A DNA stretch of 64,000 nt, taken from NCBI GenBank assembly GCA_964016885.1, contig OZ024755.1, forward strand, positions 27,962,001 to 28,026,000. The letters are read 5' to 3'. Of this stretch, positions 26,153 through 39,570 are shown in pieces. The notes beneath the pieces are model-generated. The model saw nothing but the letters and a program-made list of their open reading frames with translations, was not told the origin of the DNA and made no database searches. Each line of letters opens with the position of its first letter. Positions within the stretch are counted from its first letter, which is position 1. This DNA comes from Eledone cirrhosa. Its lineage: Eukaryota. The position numbers and the translations under genes are program-made.

Positions 26153-26272
26153 ATATATATATATATAACAACAGGAGGCCGGACTGGTGTAAACCCTTGA
26201 AAGGTATATCATACTATGATCATTTCAATGACCGTGTTCAGCATGAATATATATATATATATATATAAATAT

Positions 26273-27043
26273 AAATATAAATTAGCGAGAATCGTATTTC
26301 GGCTTTGGAAATTAACGAAAAACAACTTCCGAGATGTGTGGCAAGCGCTCAATATTTCTAACGAACCAGGGCTACAACATACGTTAAAAGGCCAAACACA
26401 CCTAGACGATGGTTAAACCATTATCCGCACAGCCATAGAAACGACCAAGTAATTCGGGTCAAACAAATAAAAAAAATATGATTGAAAAATTTACCCGGAC
26501 CCCTGGATGGTTGGTAAAAATCCAGCATTTGGGTTTCTGCGACTCCTAAATCAAGTACTGTCCGCTTAGACAAATAATGTTAGGCTTCTGGTAAGATGAT
26601 TGAACAAGGAAGTCACTTTCTCAACAGGCTTTTAGTTCAAGTGCCAGGCCAAGGATTGACCGTTACCAATACCCACGTGGGGCTCGACAAGGGAGGCAAA
26701 CCTTATTTTTGGCGGATGAATTCAGTATGTGTATATTATTGCAAAAACCGCAAAATATCACAAAACGAATTAAGTTCTCAACAGAATGGTTTTAAAGTTA
26801 ACAAAAGCTATTCATCAGCAATAGAATCAACTAAAAAAATCAAGAAAATTAACTGGTCAATAGCTAGACTCTGCAGATTAATACAAATATAAATTAGCGA
26901 GAATCGTATTTCGGCTTTGGAAATTAGCGAAAAACAACTTCCGAGATGTGTGGCAAGCGCTCAATAATTCTAACGAACCAGAGCTACAACATACGTTAAA
27001 AGGCCAAACATACTGAGACGACGGTTAAACCATTATCCGCACA

Positions 27044-27049
<6 letters not shown>
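26273..27049. mobile_element. Non-coding element bounded by 165-bp direct repeats, in (TA)n
   Basis: 26273-26437 matches 26885-27049 at about 95% (period 612 bp). TA tracts lie on both sides. Confidence 0.75.
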
Positions 27050-27074
<25 letters not shown>

Positions 27075-27945
27075 TCTTTTATTCGTCTTAATTATCTGAC
27101 TGCGTTCAGATTTTATTAGTATGAAGCTGAGAATGTTTGCGACAGAGGGTGAGGGGTGGTGGTTAACACAGGGAAAGTGAAATGATAAGCCTGGCAGATA
27201 ATGTGCACTTCATAGAATATGTTGTTAAAAGAAAAAAACTTTCATGTCTGACGCGCACGGGGCATTGAAATAATATTAAGAATTTCTTAGAAATAGCTGT
27301 AGCAGACGAATAGACGTGACAATAATTACAATAGAACATTTGATTTATAAAATGATTTTTTTCTTAACAATTTATATTTCCTTTCTTTAGTTTTTTCTTC
27401 ATTGTCTATATAGCAATAATTCGTTGAAATATATTTGTTCTGTTTTCTAAACAATGGGTCTGATACTAATGATATTAATGATACTTTTAATCATAGCAAT
27501 GGAAAATAGTATCACAAGTAATTAAAAACGTTATTGCCATTGTTTTTACAATTGGCATTTCATTGTCGTCTAATTTCAAACAATGACAATGATATATACC
27601 CAACAATTAAACGAAATAATAAAACATATATAATAATAGTTATACCGAACAAATGTGCAGAACATTATAATACATAAATATATAGTAAAATGTAAAGATA
27701 ATATCGTGTGTATAATACAAGACAATGTAGAAAAGTATAAATGTGGTATTGAATTTTGAAGCATCTTTAATCATTTAAAGGAATAGATATATTTTATTTT
27801 TGTAACGAGCCCATTAATTTTTGTTATGATGTTAATTATCGTCCTTGAGGAAATGAGAAATTTGATTTTGATGGCATATGAATTAAAAACTAAAACGACG
27901 AAAATGCCCAATAAAGAAATACGTTAAACACACACACACACACAC

Positions 27946-27976
<31 letters not shown>

Positions 27977-29780
27977 TTTGATGTGATTAATAATGTTCTT
28001 GAACATATCTGGTTCACCTCTGGGCTATGTTCTTTAGATGAGAGATGAGAATCTTTCAATTTTAAAGTTTTCTTTGGAGCCGTTAGTGTCAGACTTCCAC
28101 ACTGAATTATTAAATGAAGTCGCAGTTGAAATAAAATTTCAATCTCCAAACGCATTTAAAATCATTAGTATTGAATGTTATATACAAAATCTGTTTCTGA
28201 AAGAGTTGATAGTGAGATGTCTAATTTGTGTCGAACATAATGATTTACTATATAAGTAATATAAATGCAACGAACAGTGTGGGTATAACGTTCACGCTTG
28301 AGAGTGCGGAGTGGAGGACATATGAGGAAAACAACTGAAATATTCTCCGATGTTAAAGCAGTTACGTCATCTGAGCTGGAAGCTAGAGTAGCTCCAAGAA
28401 TTAAGATATTCCAAGGAAATGCTGTGATTAGTGGGATCGATGGAAATTTGTGTAATGTAGTGAAGGAAGAAACAGTGAACAAACATGTACAAATTGAAAA
28501 TATTAGCTTAACCACGCATGAGCATTTGTTTTGCAAACACATAGACCGGTTAGAGAAGTAAATCTGAAAACTCTGATCGCTCGTTTGTTTTTGGCTTGGT
28601 CTGTTCCGCATCTGAAAAGGGAGTGTAGCCCCGAAATATCATACTAAAATACACTGGTTGAAACATTACTGAGTTTTGCAGTTTCATTTGTCTTCATTCG
28701 TCCTCCGCATATTTCTACTGCATTGTATCTGTTTTAATATATGAGGGTGCCTGTATAAGATATAAAGAAATGGTGCTGTATTTTCAAACTTATATCACGT
28801 GCTTAATTGTATAAATTTGAAAGAAAATCGTTTCAAAAACAGAGACTTATGTACATAATTGGAACTTCACCAAGCAGGTATAGCTTCGCTTATATGTTTC
28901 TTAGATGATTGGCTTAAGGTCCAAATCTGTAGTATAGAGCCGACTCTAGCACCAATCCGATAATCTGACTTACTAAACAAGCTAGAAACAAGATATGTTT
29001 GGAGTGACGTGATAGTGAAAATTGTAACTCATACATTCTTGGGTCATCTTGGCGTTATGAGACTCACAGAGCCTTGCTGTTAGGTTTAGGTTTTACTTTA
29101 CTTATGTTCTGTATCCAAGGCCTCACAACCATATCTAACCTCACTATATAATCAGAAGCTTTTACCCTTGATTATAGTGTAAAGAGACATGACAACTCCC
29201 TCGTTGCTCACAACTTCCAGAACCATCACAGTTGCCAGAAACTTTGTGTGCTTGGCTCTTGAAACGTTTTTAGGGTTTCTGCATAAACACCTCATTCATT
29301 TAGACTTGATCTGATCTAAAATGTTTCCCATTAGTGAAAATTCAAAGATTGGGTTTAAACTTGCTCGACAAGCGCTTTCTGTGGATCAGGCGGTTATTTA
29401 TTGTCTGCACAAGCAGGCCTTGGCCTCTTCGCATCATATATGACTTGTATCGAAGTTCCTCATTTACAATTCTTCCATTAGTTTCCTTTGACATCTTGAG
29501 CTCCGTAGCAATGGTGTTAATTGATGTTCTGTAGTTCTTTATCGATAATTATCTCTACTGTTCTTACACATGTGGGTATTTTGATGAAATTAAGGTTTGT
29601 AGCAAAGCTTTTACGTCTGCGGCTTCCAGCTCTTTGCGAACTTTGACAACACACGATCATGCAACTTTCAGGTAGTGAGATATCTCTAAATCATTTTACT
29701 TTGTCTTTAAGGCAATGATTCTAGAATGGGTTTTATTTGCTGAGTTAGCGCCGTATCTGTCATCATTTATCTGAAAAGAA

Positions 29781-30080
29781 TTGCCTTTCATCCTTACGGG
29801 GTCGATAAAATAAAGTACCAGTAATGCATTGGGTAATTGCTGGCCTTGTGCCTAACGTAGAAACAATTATTAGCAAAAGGATTGGCAAAAAGATTGGCAG
29901 TATCAGTAGAGCGTCGGACGCCATGCTCTGACTCATAGAATTACGGCCCTTGCCATTCTGAGTTTAAATCCTACCGAGGTTAACTTTGCCTTTCATCCTT
30001 ACGGGGTCGATAAAATAAAGTATCAGTAATGTATTGGGAGTAATTGCTGGCCTTGTGCCAAAAGTAGAAACAATTATTAG
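29781..30080 (+). mobile_element. SINE family 1, partial plus full copy
   Basis: Two cores, each followed by AATTATTAGCAAAAGG. Confidence 0.87.
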
Positions 30081-30329
30081 CAAAAGGTAGAAAAAGGTTA
30101 GAGCTATTGAACTACATGTCCTTATAAGATCGATGGAGAGTAAAGTCCGTAAACAGTTGTTGCCAGGGGAATTAGTTCGTTTATGAAGTGTTTAGCTTGT
30201 GTCATCATCTGAGGGACAGGGAAGCCTGCATGTACTCCGAAAGTTGACACAATTATCTATTCCCTTTTCTGCCCTTTCAATTTAGAGATATAGTTTTATA
30301 AATGTATTTTTCTTCACGTGACATTACAA

Positions 30330-30410
<81 letters not shown>

Positions 30411-32410
30411 CTCAATCACAACTAATGTTGTGCTCATACAAATGTCTCATAATCTATGAGTGGCTTAGCATTAGTCTGAAAAAGACTAACACACACACAT
30501 GCACCCGCATGAAAAGTATATTATAAGTAAGTAGGTGAAGATACAGTGGTAGGAGCATTAAAGAAATTATATATTATACATTGCACAATATACAGTTAAA
30601 TGTAAAGATGAGGATGTAAATATTAAAAGACAGTTAATTCCTAATTTTTATAGTATTAAATTTAAAATTGACGTAGGAGGAAAGACATTCTGCAGAAATC
30701 TTGAATTTGGAATCTGAAATTTACGACAGGAACTGCATAGTCGATATATGATAACTATCCAAATAAAGTTTCCACAAGAAAATAGGTGTAGTTTTAGCCT
30801 GAGAGACCACAGTAATTTTCGGTAGACGTACCATTAGAGTAACAGGACTCACAATTGAAATGTAGCAGAGATTCTGAATTTACAAATGAATTCGTTCGAT
30901 AAAGTAAGTTAATTTCTATTATATTCATTATTTCTTTTTCTTTGTTGCAACTCGGGTATCATCTTTTGTACCATCAACTGCTGTGCAAGATACACTTCTG
31001 CTTTATTATTGTAATCCCCATTACAAATTGTTAGCATGTTAGCCATTCTGAAACAACAGTTATAGATTGCATTGAATTAAGGACATTCAATTTAAGCAAT
31101 ACACCCAGGATTTTCAACTGTATTGGTTGGCATTCAGATATGGCCACTCAATATACTCATCCACAGAGTAATAACAGTAAATGTATTAAACGTTTGTCAA
31201 CCTAAATTTGAAAACATGTTCTTGCTTAAACCTGCCATTAGAATATTCAGATTACGTTCCAGAATATTACGTATCCAGTGAATATATTGGTAAGAGTGTA
31301 CACAACACCGAAGGCGAAGAATATAAGCGATCATCTCAAGTACTTGGTTGGTACATAATTTGTAAGAATGCTGTAAAAAACGTAACTAAATTGCATAACA
31401 CTGTTTAATGATTACATTACCAGTGATACCGCACTGCTCCATGTAATGATATATTTATTCGTGCAAACATCATTTTCGTAAATGTATGTGAACGTTAAGA
31501 AAATTAAATGTTGCTTTCCTCTTTAATAAAAACATTGATGTATAAAATGTTTATATATATACTCGGGGAAATATATTACCTGAAACCAAATAATAGCATA
31601 AAACATTACAAAATGGCTTCATGCTGTGTCTGAAATATAAGATAATGTTTTCGTCTCAATATAATTGAATTCAAACAACAAAAGTACTAAAAACCCATTA
31701 CAGTTTCCATCTCATCGTGAAACAATATTTATAAACTATTATCATTCTGATAGTTGTCGAATTAAATAAGTGCTTCTCATGTAAATAACAGCATTTGCAC
31801 ACTACAACGCATTCTTTATATTCCATTAAAATAAAGATAAGTAAAAAATGATAATGGACAATTTGGTGATATTCAAACGATAACTTGGCATGATATGATT
31901 TGAAAATCAAAGCCTTTAGATTAATATTATTCATGTATACTTTGTCCAATAGTCCCATTTCAATCCTCATTGATGCAACCCCTATATGGTTACCTATATG
32001 TATTACCTGGGTGCCTATTCTAACCATTTAGGGATATAGAGGACTAGTTTATTCATCTGAATTCAGAAAGCCGGTATTTGAGAGACATTTAGATGATATT
32101 TCGGAAAAGGAGAGACCATTTAATAATTACATTTCTTTGTAATTTTGCATGCAAATACGTACCGTATCGATATTGCTTTTTATGTTTCCATAATGCATGA
32201 AATAATATACTAGATATCATTCTTTTGAAATATAATGATCCATATATCCTTCATGTCCTGAGTATGACATTAAATTGCATCCAGTGGCAAGGCTCCAGTT
32301 CGAGAGTTCAGGAGTACCTTGTCCTGGGTATGACATTAAACTGCATACAGTTATATATATCTAGGGCGGGTAAAATTCCCGAGATCCATGGACGAGTTCT
32401 CTCCAGCGGA

Positions 32411-32735
32411 CACTGACCAAGAAACTCACTCAGATGGTGGATGGGTGCGACACGAGAATGCTGAGGATGGCTCTGAACATTAATCAGTATACACTGAGGA
32501 TGAAAAACTCAGAGCTGTATGGGAGCCTCCCAAAAGTCAGCTCAAATGTGACACAGAGGAGGCTGAGGTTAGCTGGACATGCTCACCGACATCCAGAGTT
32601 GACATTGCACTCAGTGCTCCTGTGGGAGCCCCTACATGGACACACTGGAAGAGGAAGACCAAGGTTAACGTATGTTGATGCCCTAAGGAGAGACACTGGT
32701 CTGTTGGAGACGCAGGACATGGCAGCGATAATGAG
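32411..32735 (+). mobile_element. RTE-clade LINE ORF2 C-terminal fragment
   Basis: TRMLRMALNI...NSELYGSLPKVS...RRLRLAGH...VLLWEP.HG..GRGRPRLTYVDALRRDTG. Confidence 0.85.
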
Positions 32736-32769
32736 TTATATATATAACAATATATATATAACACTATTT

Positions 32770-32823
<54 letters not shown>

Positions 32824-32916
32824 TGTCAACATCAATGGACATGTTATTTTTATCTAAAGACATTTTTTCCAATTCCATCCCACCCGTCCCCTCAATCTAT
32901 CTTATTTCTCATTCTT

Positions 32917-32952
32917 TCTTCTGATGAAGGACTAGCGTCCGAAACGTTAAGA
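32917..32952 (+). ncRNA. Minimal hammerhead (family D) in an element at 32821-33035
   Basis: UCUU CUGAUGA AGGAC UAGC GUCC GAAAC GUU AAGA. Stem I is 4 bp and the element is flanked by (TA)n. Confidence 0.8.
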
Positions 32953-33055
32953 CCAGACCCTCTTCCTGCTATATCAAGCGTTAACCTAATATATCCCTTC
33001 CATATACTGTACCGATTGTGTTGTTATTTCTGTTTATATATATATATATATATAT

Positions 33056-33249
33056 AGTACGTTATTCCGGGTTGAATCGGAGGTAACCACAGTAAGTAAG
33101 GTACTCAATACATTGCAGAGTATAAAAGTTTTAATATAGATGAGATTCTACAGGACTAGAACTGTTTCATTCTTTAGAAATCATCAGGAATCCTGATGAT
33201 TTCTAAAGAATGAAACAGTTCTAGTCCTGTAGAATCTCATCTATATTAA

Positions 33250-33253
<4 letters not shown>
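33056..33253 (-). mobile_element. Family E foldback element (perfect 63-bp arms); hammerhead at 33144-33192 (-)
   Basis: Arms 33127-33189 and 33191-33253 with tail 33056-33126. A second copy lies at 50243-50434. Confidence 0.88.
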
Positions 33254-33286
<33 letters not shown>

Positions 33287-33334
33287 AGGAGTGTAAGTCA
33301 ACAGGGTAAAATTAGTTTCGTTTATTCATATTCG

Positions 33335-33389
33335 CTGCTATATATATTTCAGTGATAGCCATTATTCAACAGCTAACCTCATCAGGTAG
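33335..33389 (-). ncRNA. Type I hammerhead (related to family I)
   Basis: Reverse complement reads CUAC CUGAUGA GGUUAGCUG UUGAAUAA UGGCUAUCACU GAAA UAUAUA UA GCAG. Confidence 0.68.
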
Positions 33390-33584
33390 TAAGAACTTTA
33401 ACAGAAAAAACAGGAAAAAAATAATGTTGTAATAGATTTTTACCTTGTTAATCCATTGATATGTTCAGATCCAGATAGTTTGTTTATCATGGTTATTCAA
33501 CATCTTCTTGCATCGTAAGAAATGCAAACAACCTATATGCACATTATATTGTAAATCAAATGCTGATTGCAGTCTAAACAATTG

Positions 33585-33717
33585 CTAGGTTACTGATATG
33601 CGTTCTGAGTTCAACTCCAGCCGAAGTTAACTTTGCCTTTAATCCTTACGGGTTCGATAAAATAAAGCACCAGTAATGTACTGGGGTAATTGCTGGCCTT
33701 GTGCCAAAAGTAGAATT
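33585..33717 (+). mobile_element. SINE family 1 (3' part duplicated at 33985-34045)
   Basis: B-box and core present. Confidence 0.8.
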
Positions 33718-34673
33718 ATCAAATATAATTATCATTAAATATTGTAAGAACAAGGTCACATCATTTAGACGAAGAATCATCTATCAATTGAATCTATGAG
33801 ATGGATGCGAGAAATAAGTTTGGGGGTCGCTGGTGCCAAGCTGTATCGCCCTTCACCGTTCTTTTGGACAACATTGGAGACATGGAGAAGGGAGACCGGT
33901 ATATATGGCCAACTGGTGGTCTTCTACAAAGAACCTTGCCTAGACTTGTGCTGAGGAAGGGCAACTTGCTATGTACAAATCTCCTAAAATAAAGCACCAG
34001 TAATGTACTGGGGTAATTGCTGGCCTTGTGCCAAAAGTAGAATTATCAAATATAATTATCAAATATCATTAAATATTGTAAGAACAAGGTCACATCATTT
34101 AGACGAAGAATCATCTATCAATTGAATCTATGAGATGGATGCGAGAACGTAACCACTCGAAACCAGAGGGATCAAATTGTTAGTCGATGTTGGCAGGATT
34201 TCAGTTCACAGCATAGCCAAATAAAGATAAATTACGAATGGATATTTAGAACAAATACAGACATCCCTGTCAGCATTCTTCCTTAGAGGAAATGGCAAAG
34301 CAATGAAACAAAGGTCATGAGGTCATGAGGTCATGAGGTCATGAGTTCCATTCCTGGACTACCTGGGCTGTTGTGTTCTTGAACAAAATACTTTTATTTC
34401 ATGTTGCTCCTGATAGAAAGAGTTGCAACTAGTAAGAGAGGCAGTGGTATCAGCAATGAAACAATTGAATGCATCACTATCGAATTGACTTCTATACGAT
34501 AGCATATCTTTGGACAACGAACCTATAGCAGAACACATGCACAGACAAATAGCTTTATGCACATACTCACACATATAATCACACTCACACACACTACACA
34601 CACTACACACAATGAGGATTTCCTTCCAATGAAACAGTTCTAGTTTTGTAGAAGCCATTTCCATATTAAATAT

Positions 34674-34764
<91 letters not shown>

Positions 34765-34768
<4 letters not shown>

Positions 34769-35012
34769 CTAGTGGTCAGAGTGTCAGATTGACAGTCGTG
34801 ATGTAGAAATAAGTTAGGGCGTCGCTGGTGCCAAGCTGTATCGCCCTTCACCGTTCTTTTGGACAACATTGGAGACATGGAGAAGGGAGACCGGTATATA
34901 TGGCCAACTGGTGGTCTTCTACAAAGAACCTTGCCTAGACTTGTGCTGAGGAAGGGCAACTTGCTATGTACAAATCTCCTGGTCATTCGTGACCGAAAGA
35001 GGTCTTTACCAT
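34765..35012 (+). mobile_element. Internally deleted CORE-type SINE with long 3' tail; 172 bp of it is copied at 33814-33985
   Basis: TGGCTAGTGGTCAGAGTG head and GCTGGTGCCAAGCTGTATCG, which is shared with the 17.7-kb SINE. Confidence 0.7.
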
Positions 35013-35119
35013 TATATATATATATACACAAGAAAGAATTCAACTGAGTTACCCGCTAGCAGCGATAATTTCGAAAGTGAACATTATCACGTGATTATGT
35101 GTATACTTGTATATATGTA

Positions 35120-35175
<56 letters not shown>

Positions 35176-35221
35176 GAAATGACAGGAGGCCGGATTTGTG
35201 TAAATCCTTGAAAGGTTTATT

Positions 35222-35279
35222 ATACTATGATCATTTCAATGACCGGGTTCCGTATGAATCCGGTGATATCATCAGGTAT
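35222..35279 (-). ncRNA. Type I hammerhead (family P); truncated homolog at 26171-26248
   Basis: Reverse complement reads AUAC CUGAUGA UAUC-ACCGG AUUC AUAC GGAAC CCGGU-CAUU GAAA UGAUCA UA GUAU. Confidence 0.8.
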
Positions 35280-35581
35280 TCGAAATATAATACGTGAATG
35301 TAATAGATAAAATCCATGGGGCTGAAAATCGAGGACCCGAGGGCGACCGCTATCTTGCACCCTCTACCTTAGAGTATATATATGTGTGTGTGTGTGTGTG
35401 TATATGTATATTTGTGTGTGTGTGTATATGTATATTTGGCCGAATCGAACTGTTATATTTAGCAACCCTTTTACTTGCCATTGTTCACCCCCCTCTGTAG
35501 GACCCTTATTACGTGATACTTTACGTAAATTTCATATATAAATTAGTAATTCTAAACCTCTTTAGAAATACAAGGACGTCT

Positions 35582-36665
35582 ACATGTAAGATGTGACTAC
35601 ATGTTAACAGCCCCCCCCCACATGTAAGATGTGACTACATGTTAACAGCCACCCCCCCACATGTAAGATGTGACTACATGTTAACAGCCACCCCCCACAT
35701 GTAAGATGTGACTACATGTTAACAGCCACCACCCCACATGTAAGATGTGACTACATGTTAACAGCCACCCCCCCACATGTAAGATGTGACTACATGTTAA
35801 CAGCCACCCCCCCACATGTAAGATGTGACTACATGTTAACAGCCACCCCCCCACATGTAAGATGTGACATGTTAACAGCCACCCCCCCACATGTAAGATG
35901 TGACTACATGTTAACAGCCCCCCCATATGTAAGATGTGACTACATGTTAACAGCCCCCCCCCACATGTAAGATGTGACTACATGTTAACAGCCACCCCCC
36001 ACATGTAAGATGTGACTACATGTTAACAGCCACCCCCCCACATGTAAGATGTGACTACATGTTAACAGCCACCCCCCACATGTAAGATGTGACTACATGT
36101 TAACAGCCACCCCCCCACATGTAAGATGTGACTACATGTTAACAGCCACCCCCCCCACATGTAAGATGTGACTACATGTTAACAGCCACCCCCCCCCACA
36201 TGTAAGATGTGACTACATGTTAACAGCCACCCCCCCACATGTAAGATGTGACTACATGTTAACAGCCACCCCCCCACATGTAAGATGTGACTACATGTTA
36301 ACAGCCACCCCCCCACATGTAAGATGTGACTACATGTTAACAGCCACCCCCCACATGTAAGATGTGACTACATGTTAACAGCCCCCCCCCACATGTAAGA
36401 TGTGACTACATGTTAACAGCCACCCCCCCACATGTAAGATGTGACTACATGTTAACAGCCACCCCCCCACATGTAAGATGTGACTACATGTTAACAGCCA
36501 CCCCCCACATGTAAGATGTGACTACATGTTAACAGCCCCCCCCCCACATGTAAGATGTGACTACATGTTAACAGCCACCCCCCCCACATGTAAGATGTGA
36601 CTACATGTTAACAGCCACCCCCCCACATGTAAGATGTGACTACATGTTAACAGCCCCCCCCCCCC
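35582..36665. repeat. 39-40-bp minisatellite, about 27 copies
   Basis: Unit ACATGTAAGATGTGACTACATGTTAACAGCCACCCCCCC. Only the C-run length varies appreciably. Confidence 0.97.
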
Positions 36666-37269
36666 AAAAAAAAACCTTAGCTCCGATACTATAGGCATGT
36701 GGTTACATTATGTCAGGAAAGAAGGAAAGAATCGCTGGACAGATTTCACGGGGTAACACCAACCGGCAAGAGACCAAAGGATAAAATTCTTAAATAATTC
36801 AATATGATATATGTAAACTATTTCCAGTATTGGGATCAGTGTGATTTATAAAGTACCAAATAAGCAATCTTAAATATGTCGCTAGCACACATTTTAGAGA
36901 GAGAGAGACCAAATGCTTTTCAAACCAAATGATTTACCAGACAAATAAGTTTTGGCTGTTGCAATCGTATTTTGCGGATATAAGTTAGGAGCTATTGTAC
37001 TTTGGTGCCGAGGGCTCAGTCTAAATGCTTTCGACACTTCCTCAAATTTTCTTTGACTTAGCTATTTTTATATTCGCTATTCATGAAGACTAGTTACATT
37101 GTTTACAATTTTCTATAGAAGAAATCATTGGTTTACAGCATTCTGGGCAAAGGAATGGGTCTATATGTCCATAAAGAACAAATAGTTGAAGGTGACGTTT
37201 GCTTCATTCTTTATACTTGCGTGTGATTGCACCTTTAACAATGTTTGAGGCATATATATATATATATAT

Positions 37270-37347
37270 AGGATACTGGTGGCTTAGTTCGGATCTAGCT
37301 GTCGAAACGCCCGGAGCTCAACTGTCGGGGTCCTGACCCTTTTCCTA
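37270..37347 (+). mobile_element. Family A2 fragment in (TA)n
   Basis: TTCGGATCTAGCTGTCGAAACG...GGAGCTCA is shared with 57092-57258. Confidence 0.65.
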
Positions 37348-37661
37348 TATATATATATATATATAGTCAAACGAGAGAGTCCCAGTCTTCTGGGAGAAAG
37401 TCATTCTGAATGCAAACCAAGTCGCAAGGTTTATATCAATGGTGTAGACCAGTTCTACGGTTTGGGTAAATCCATTCGATGTTCAGAGAGTGGGATTTCC
37501 TCGTTTTTAAAAAAAGCTTCAAACGGAGGGTCACTTGGTGTGTGACCTTGTTTTGCGATGCATGGCAATGTTGGCCATAGGCAAGTCCCTAGCAGTACTA
37601 AAAGGCCAGGTCCGCGGTGCTCATGTTTAGGTATCAAGCGGTGGCATTAATCGAGTCGCAG

Positions 37662-37694
<33 letters not shown>

Positions 37695-37696
37695 AT

Positions 37697-37999
37697 ACAG
37701 TGTATTTGCGGCATCGGCTATTCGCGGAATTTTTCTTAGAACCTAACCAATAATTGTTTGTCGAAACCACCGTATATTTGCGGAATCATAAATGTTTATT
37801 AATATTAACATAACATAGTTGCCGGCATTTTGGACGTCCCTTCCCATAAGATGCTCCCTCTTTTTTTTTCTCATTATATTTTACGTTATATTTTGAGGTT
37901 TATAGGTATTTTTATGGACCACGTCCAATATTCGCGGTTTTTCACTCTTCACGGGTGCTATAGGAAAGTAATCCCCGCGAATAACGGGGGACTAGTGTA
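37697..37999. mobile_element. Tc1/mariner (pogo/Tigger-like) MITE, degraded
   Basis: Ends TA-CAGT...TATTCGCGG and CCCCGCGAATAACGGGGGACTAGTG-TA. Confidence 0.55.
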
Positions 38000-38054
<55 letters not shown>

Positions 38055-38056
38055 TT

Positions 38057-38256
38057 AACGAAGGAAATGTGGTAAGGAACCAGGTGGACCATAACGCACC
38101 AAAGTACTCAAACTTAGGGTAGTAGAGTGGGTAATAGGAACGAGTAGGACCCCGACGGCTGAGCTCAAGCCGTTTCGACGGCTAATTCTGGACTCAGTCC
38201 AGAATTAGCCGTCGAAACGGCTTGATCTCAGCCGTCGGGGTCCTACTCGTTCCTAT
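38057..38256 (-). mobile_element. Family A foldback element
   Basis: Arms GGAACGAGTAGGACCCC... and ...GGGGTCCTACTCGTTCC, with axis CTGGACT-C-AGTCCAG. Confidence 0.86.
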
Positions 38257-38610
38257 ATATATATTTAGATATATTTGCATCTAATGGGAAAACTCTTTTA
38301 TCCAAACGTTAGAAACACGTGTAATGTCTAATTTCAGAATATTATTGGAAGTTTCTCTAATTTTCAATATAATTCCGAAGTACTTCGTTTGTGAAAACAC
38401 ATTGCCTAAGTCCATATTGTAATGCACATGTTTAGACTTTCACTGTTTCATTATCAGGATTAAAATGTCCATATATTTCCTGCCTATTTTATTGTAGGCG
38501 TATGTATGACGTTAATGAATTTCGTTATGTAGATCTTTATTTCCATCGCCACAACACTAACATATTTAACCAAATTTAACCATATACCTTAATAGAATTA
38601 TAGGTCGTAT

Positions 38611-38700
38611 TCAGGGCCGGCGCCACCATATAGGCAAACTAGGCAGCCGCCAAGGTCGCTGATTTCAGAGGGCGCATTTCTCCAAATCAACAACAACATT
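38611..38700 (+). mobile_element. Possible hAT-like MITE end
   Basis: GC-rich terminus CAGGGCCGGCGCCACCATATAGGCAAACTAGGC. The partner end is not seen. Confidence 0.4.
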
Positions 38701-38823
38701 GTCGTAAAATAAATAAATAAATTTCATTTTTATTCAGGGTCGTAAAAGTAATAATAATAATGAGAATATTGATAGTAATATTTTCGTGAAACTCCAGCGT
38801 AACAAGTCTCACTACTTAGTCTT

Positions 38824-38925
38824 AGCCGTCGGGTCCTACTCGTTCCTATTACCCACTCTACTACCCTAAGTATTGAGTACTTTGGTGCGTTATGGTCCAC
38901 CTGGTTCCTTACCACATTTCCTCCG

Positions 38926-38927
<2 letters not shown>
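38824..38927 (+). mobile_element. Family A solo end (no inverted arm)
   Basis: AGCCGTCGGGTCCTACTCGTTCCTATTACCC...CCTCCGTT followed by (TA)n. Confidence 0.8.
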
Positions 38928-38965
<38 letters not shown>

Positions 38966-39223
38966 GGAATAGAATGAAACGACATTTCATTTCTCACTCT
39001 TAGTAGGGCAGTTACTTAAATGTAAGTATGTATGTATGTATACGTACATACATATATGTATACAGACGTACAGTAGTATGTATATATATATATGCACGTA
39101 TCGCTTTACCAAACATTTATTATAATGCTCGGTTTGTTTGTAAACAAACAAACAAACAGCCCGAATTACGCCGTACAGTGTTTAGGCAACCACGTCACCT
39201 TTTTGTTTAACACTGACACAGGA

Positions 39224-39265
39224 ACGATGTACTAGTTTCAAGCTTATAGCTATCGTCAGCATCGT
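39224..39265 (-). ncRNA. Type I hammerhead (family N)
   Basis: Reverse complement reads ACGAUG CUGACGA UAGCU AUA AGCUU GAAA CUAG UA CAUCGU. Stem I is a perfect 6 bp and the triplet is GUA. Confidence 0.85.
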
Positions 39266-39539
39266 ATACCTTCCTGCCAGATGGTTGAACGTCTGAAAGT
39301 ATATACTTTCCTAATGCATATTAACGGCTGAGCAGCCTAATTTGCATATCGAGTGAGTTTAGTCGGCCGGGCGCACCGAAAACGATAAATGGAATTATAT
39401 ATATATATATATATATATATGGAAATCAGGATGGAATCAGTTTGAAACTGGTTAGACCATTACTCAAAAGGGGTAGTACAGTGTGGTTATATTTCATAAA
39501 GTCCGGACCCAATGGCTGAGCTGTTGTTTCAACAGCTAG

Positions 39540-39570
<31 letters not shown>

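Noticed and set aside
30860-30910. Possible host exon ending in GTAAGT (similar splice-like signals at about 42480, 55170 and 63480-63730)
   Set aside because: There is no supporting open frame or recognisable protein, and such motifs are expected by chance.
35582-36665. CRISPR-like periodicity of about 39 bp
   Set aside because: The units are contiguous with no unique spacers, there are no cas genes, and the context is eukaryotic.
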